A stretch of DNA of 64,000 nucleotides from Candidatus Bathyarchaeota archaeon. Lineage in GTDB: Archaea; Thermoproteota; Bathyarchaeia; Bathyarchaeales; Bathycorpusculaceae. This document shows positions 61,227 through 64,000 of the stretch, piece by piece. The position numbers and the translations under genes were made by a program. Position 1 is the first letter of the stretch. Each line of letters opens with the position of its first letter. Location of the stretch: the NCBI GenBank assembly GCA_963828195.1, contig CAWHDT010000001.1, forward strand, positions 352,001 through 416,000, written 5' to 3'. The notes beneath the pieces were generated by a model. The model was not told where the DNA came from. It searched no databases and saw nothing but the letters and a program-made list of their open reading frames with translations.

Positions 61227-61739
61227 GTGAAGAAACACATTTTTGCATTGACCGTTTTCTTGGTGCTTCTATGTTCATTAACAAGTTTTGCCGCTGCCTC
61301 GCAGACATTTACCGTCTCACCTGAAAGCAAACAAACTGTAAGCGTGAATTTAAGTCAAGGCGATTTCGTTAATGGCTCACTTTCTGTGTCAGGCGGCACT
61401 GGAACAGGCGTCAATTTTGCCGTGACTGACCCAAACGGAAAACAATTATTGAGTTACAACTATACCTCCTACCAAAGCTTCTCTTTTTCTGCCCAAATTA
61501 ATGGAAACTACACGTTGAGTTTTGATAATTCATTCTGTTCCTGCGTAGGCGGCAAAAATGTAACTTTGGAGTACTCTGTTAATAACAAACCAACTCAAGT
61601 AAACCTACAAAGTGGATCCAACGGAGGGTTCCCCATTGCAACAGCAATCCTTCTAGTCGCTGTAATTCCAGCGATAGCGGCGGTTGCAATCTCAATAAGG
61701 CACTTGAGAGGCAACACGAATAATAAAACGGAACTTTAG
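61227..61739 (+). CDS. emp24/p24 (GOLD-like) domain membrane protein
   Basis: Signal peptide; VSGG...VNF.VTDP.G; FSF.A...GNY.L.FDNSF....K.V.L; C-terminal TM. Confidence 0.7.
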   Translation: MKKHIFALTVFLVLLCSLTSFAAASQTFTVSPESKQTVSVNLSQGDFVNGSLSVSGGTGTGVNFAVTDPNGKQLLSYNYTSYQSFSFSAQINGNYTLSFDNSFCSCVGGKNVTLEYSVNNKPTQVNLQSGSNGGFPIATAILLVAVIPAIAAVAISIRHLRGNTNNKTEL

Positions 61740-61794
61740 GAAAAAACCGAAACTAACGCAAAAAATAGCTTGGCAAGAGGCTATTTTGAAAAAA

Positions 61795-61812
61795 GCGCCG
61801 GGAGGGGGATTC
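61795..61812 (-). other. tRNA 3'-end fragment (possible att site)
   Basis: Minus strand GAAT-CCCCC-TCCCGGC-G-C reads as T-loop end, T-stem, acceptor strand and discriminator, followed by oligo-T; no 5' half upstream. Confidence 0.45.
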
Positions 61813-61960
61813 CAGCCTCATTTTACCCGTAAAAAAATCTGTGAAGAATTGGACCGGGCTAACCCCCAAAACGTTCATTAATCGGCTGACTGAAAAATCA
61901 TGTTTTAAGCAGGAATGGACACAAGTGTTTGCTCATAGTCCTTTTTGCAATGCGTTGTTT

Positions 61961-64000
61961 TCATTGTGCAATTTTGTAGTTTTCTTTTCCGTTCTTATTT
62001 ATTTTTGGAATGGTTATGGTGAATTTTGCTCCTTTTCCCGGCGTACCGTTCTCTTGGATTTGCCAGCCGTAAACATCCATCATCTTTTTGGTCAAAAATA
62101 ACCCAAAGCCAGTGTTGCCCCCAGTGCTGAAACCCTCCGAGAAAAGACGCGGTTTATTCTCAGTTGGCACACCATCACCGTCATCCTCATAAACCAACTT
62201 TAAACAATCTTGATCAGCCCTCTCAAAGTGCACTTTTATAGTTGTGGTTTTTTTACCGTATTTTATAGTGTTATCAATTAAATTAAAGAACATCTGCCTC
62301 AAAAATGAGTCAGCCAGCACTTTTAACCCGCGGCATTCATCCATCACCGTTGGGATAGATCCTGAAAAAAGAGCCACCGCTTCCTTTAGTTTCTCCTCCA
62401 CATCGACAAAAGTTAGCTCTTCCTCACCTAATTGCTCATACATTTTGGCAAAATCAAAAATCCTAGACGTCTCTTTAACAGCCAGCTCTATCTTACCTAA
62501 CCCATCAACAATATCTACCTGATCACTATGCCTTTTTTTAAGCAAATACACGTAACCATTTACAGCGGAAAGTTTATTACGAACGTCGTGTCTAGCTAAA
62601 CTTCCAACTACTCGAAGTTTTTCATTTAACTCCGCAATTTTATCCAAACTATTTGACAACGATTCTAAGGAAAACGTCAAATCAGCCTCTGTTTCTTTCT
62701 GCGCGGTTATGTCTGTAGCAATACTTGCAGCACCAGCAAATAAGCCCTTTTCATTGAAAATAGATGTTCGATTCAAAATTATTGGCACAAAAGTGCCATC
62801 TCGCTTTTTGGCTGAAAACTCAGTTGACCAGCTTTCACCTGCCATTAGCCTTTGTTTTACCTGATCCGTACTATCTGGTAAAGCTCCACCCAATAGCTCA
62901 GCGACCTTGTGGCCCAACGTTTGTTCTTTTGTCCAACCATAAAGTTTTTCTGCACCGTTATTCCAGAAGCGAATTATTTGGTTGTTATCCACCATTAGGA
63001 TAGCTTGCCCTACCTGATTTAGCAAATCAGCCTGAAACTTTACTTTCTCTTCCGCTTTTTTGCGTTCGGTAATGTCTATGATTGATCCTTCTAACATCCC
63101 TTGTTTAGAGTATAGTTTAACCGAAGTAAGGCACGTTCTAATCTCGCCCTGTTTGTTTACCATCTTGCATTCAAAATCTTTAACATACCCATTGGTCATA
63201 AGCAGGCGAACCATTTCTTGCCGTTCAAGTGGGTCAACCCAAAAAGTCACTGACTGCTTACCCTGCATCTCTTCGCGAGTGAAGCCAAAAATACTTTGAT
63301 ACTTTTCGTTAAAATCAAGAATTTCAGATCCATCTAACTTAGTTCTAAATATTCCCACTTCGGAGTTATTGAAAATATTATAATACTTTAATTCTTCTTC
63401 TTGAAGTTCTTGTTCTGTTTTTTTGCGTTCGGTAATGTTTCTTGCGATTGCCAAGATTGCCTGTTTTCTCTGATAGATTATTAGTTTGGAACTGATCTCC
63501 ACTGGAATTTCGTGTCCATCTTTGGCGGTGTGCACTGTCTCAAAAACCTGCGTTTTACCAGAAGCTATACGACTCATGAGATTTTTGACTTGCTCTTGGC
63601 TCAGATACTTATCAATGCCTTTAATCCCCAACAACTGCAACTCTTCTTTAGAATAGCCTAACATCTCAATCGCAGTATCGTTCACATCAATAAAGTTTCC
63701 ATCAAAATCAATAACCCAAGTCGATTCACTCATTCCGTTTATCAAATCTCTATAATTTGCCTCACTTTCTACTAGTGCCTTTTCGGTTTTTTTGCGCTCA
63801 GTTGTATCTCTTATTATTGTTTGATAGCCAACAACTTTACCGTCTAGCCATATTGGGTTGCTGTTGTACTCGATGCTTCTTTTCCCGATTGGCGTCATCA
63901 TTTCCATTTCATTATGAGCTGAGTTTCCCGCGGCAATGTTCTTTAGTCCTTCGACCATTTTTTGAGTGTATTCCATTGGAACAAGCTTGAATATTCTGTT
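61961..64000 (-). CDS. Multi-PAS sensor histidine kinase, 5'-truncated by the window edge
   Basis: Repeated PAS/PAC (DITERKK); H-box RHDVRNKL; NLIDNTIKYG, DDGDG, GFGLF; frame open to 64000. Confidence 0.93.
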   Translation of the reverse strand, partial: NRIFKLVPMEYTQKMVEGLKNIAAGNSAHNEMEMMTPIGKRSIEYNSNPIWLDGKVVGYQTIIRDTTERKKTEKALVESEANYRDLINGMSESTWVIDFDGNFIDVNDTAIEMLGYSKEELQLLGIKGIDKYLSQEQVKNLMSRIASGKTQVFETVHTAKDGHEIPVEISSKLIIYQRKQAILAIARNITERKKTEQELQEEELKYYNIFNNSEVGIFRTKLDGSEILDFNEKYQSIFGFTREEMQGKQSVTFWVDPLERQEMVRLLMTNGYVKDFECKMVNKQGEIRTCLTSVKLYSKQGMLEGSIIDITERKKAEEKVKFQADLLNQVGQAILMVDNNQIIRFWNNGAEKLYGWTKEQTLGHKVAELLGGALPDSTDQVKQRLMAGESWSTEFSAKKRDGTFVPIILNRTSIFNEKGLFAGAASIATDITAQKETEADLTFSLESLSNSLDKIAELNEKLRVVGSLARHDVRNKLSAVNGYVYLLKKRHSDQVDIVDGLGKIELAVKETSRIFDFAKMYEQLGEEELTFVDVEEKLKEAVALFSGSIPTVMDECRGLKVLADSFLRQMFFNLIDNTIKYGKKTTTIKVHFERADQDCLKLVYEDDGDGVPTENKPRLFSEGFSTGGNTGFGLFLTKKMMDVYGWQIQENGTPGKGAKFTITIPKINKNGKENYKIAQ

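Overview
Archaeal chromosome segment, most likely Bathyarchaeia. This is inferred from the gene families present (GPN-loop GTPase, AbrB-PhoU regulator, PEF-CTERM tails, secreted PQQ-like beta-propeller, GOLD-domain protein); there is no marker gene in the window. The first ~39 kb is a phosphate-uptake locus (pstC-pstA | pstS ... phoU | pstB) that is split by, and flanked with, a large cluster of secreted cohesin- and dockerin-bearing proteins: by my count 11 cohesins in 9 genes and 7 dockerin-bearing genes. Both PstS copies end in a dockerin rather than a lipid or TM anchor. The cluster has membrane anchors (PEF-CTERM and TM cohesins), two-cohesin scaffoldin-like proteins, a cohesin+dockerin adaptor, a 14-Ig stalk, a GH76-like putative enzyme and a shared upstream promoter element. 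It looks like a cellulosome-like surface assembly used for phosphate scavenging (inference). The remaining ~25 kb is mostly housekeeping and accessory genes (metK, ridA, htpX, cbiZ, B12 radical SAM, PAS histidine kinase), plus a candidate structured ncRNA (~40860-41090, minus strand) and a tRNA 3'-end fragment (~61795-61812). All domain calls are by-eye motif recognition; no searches were run.
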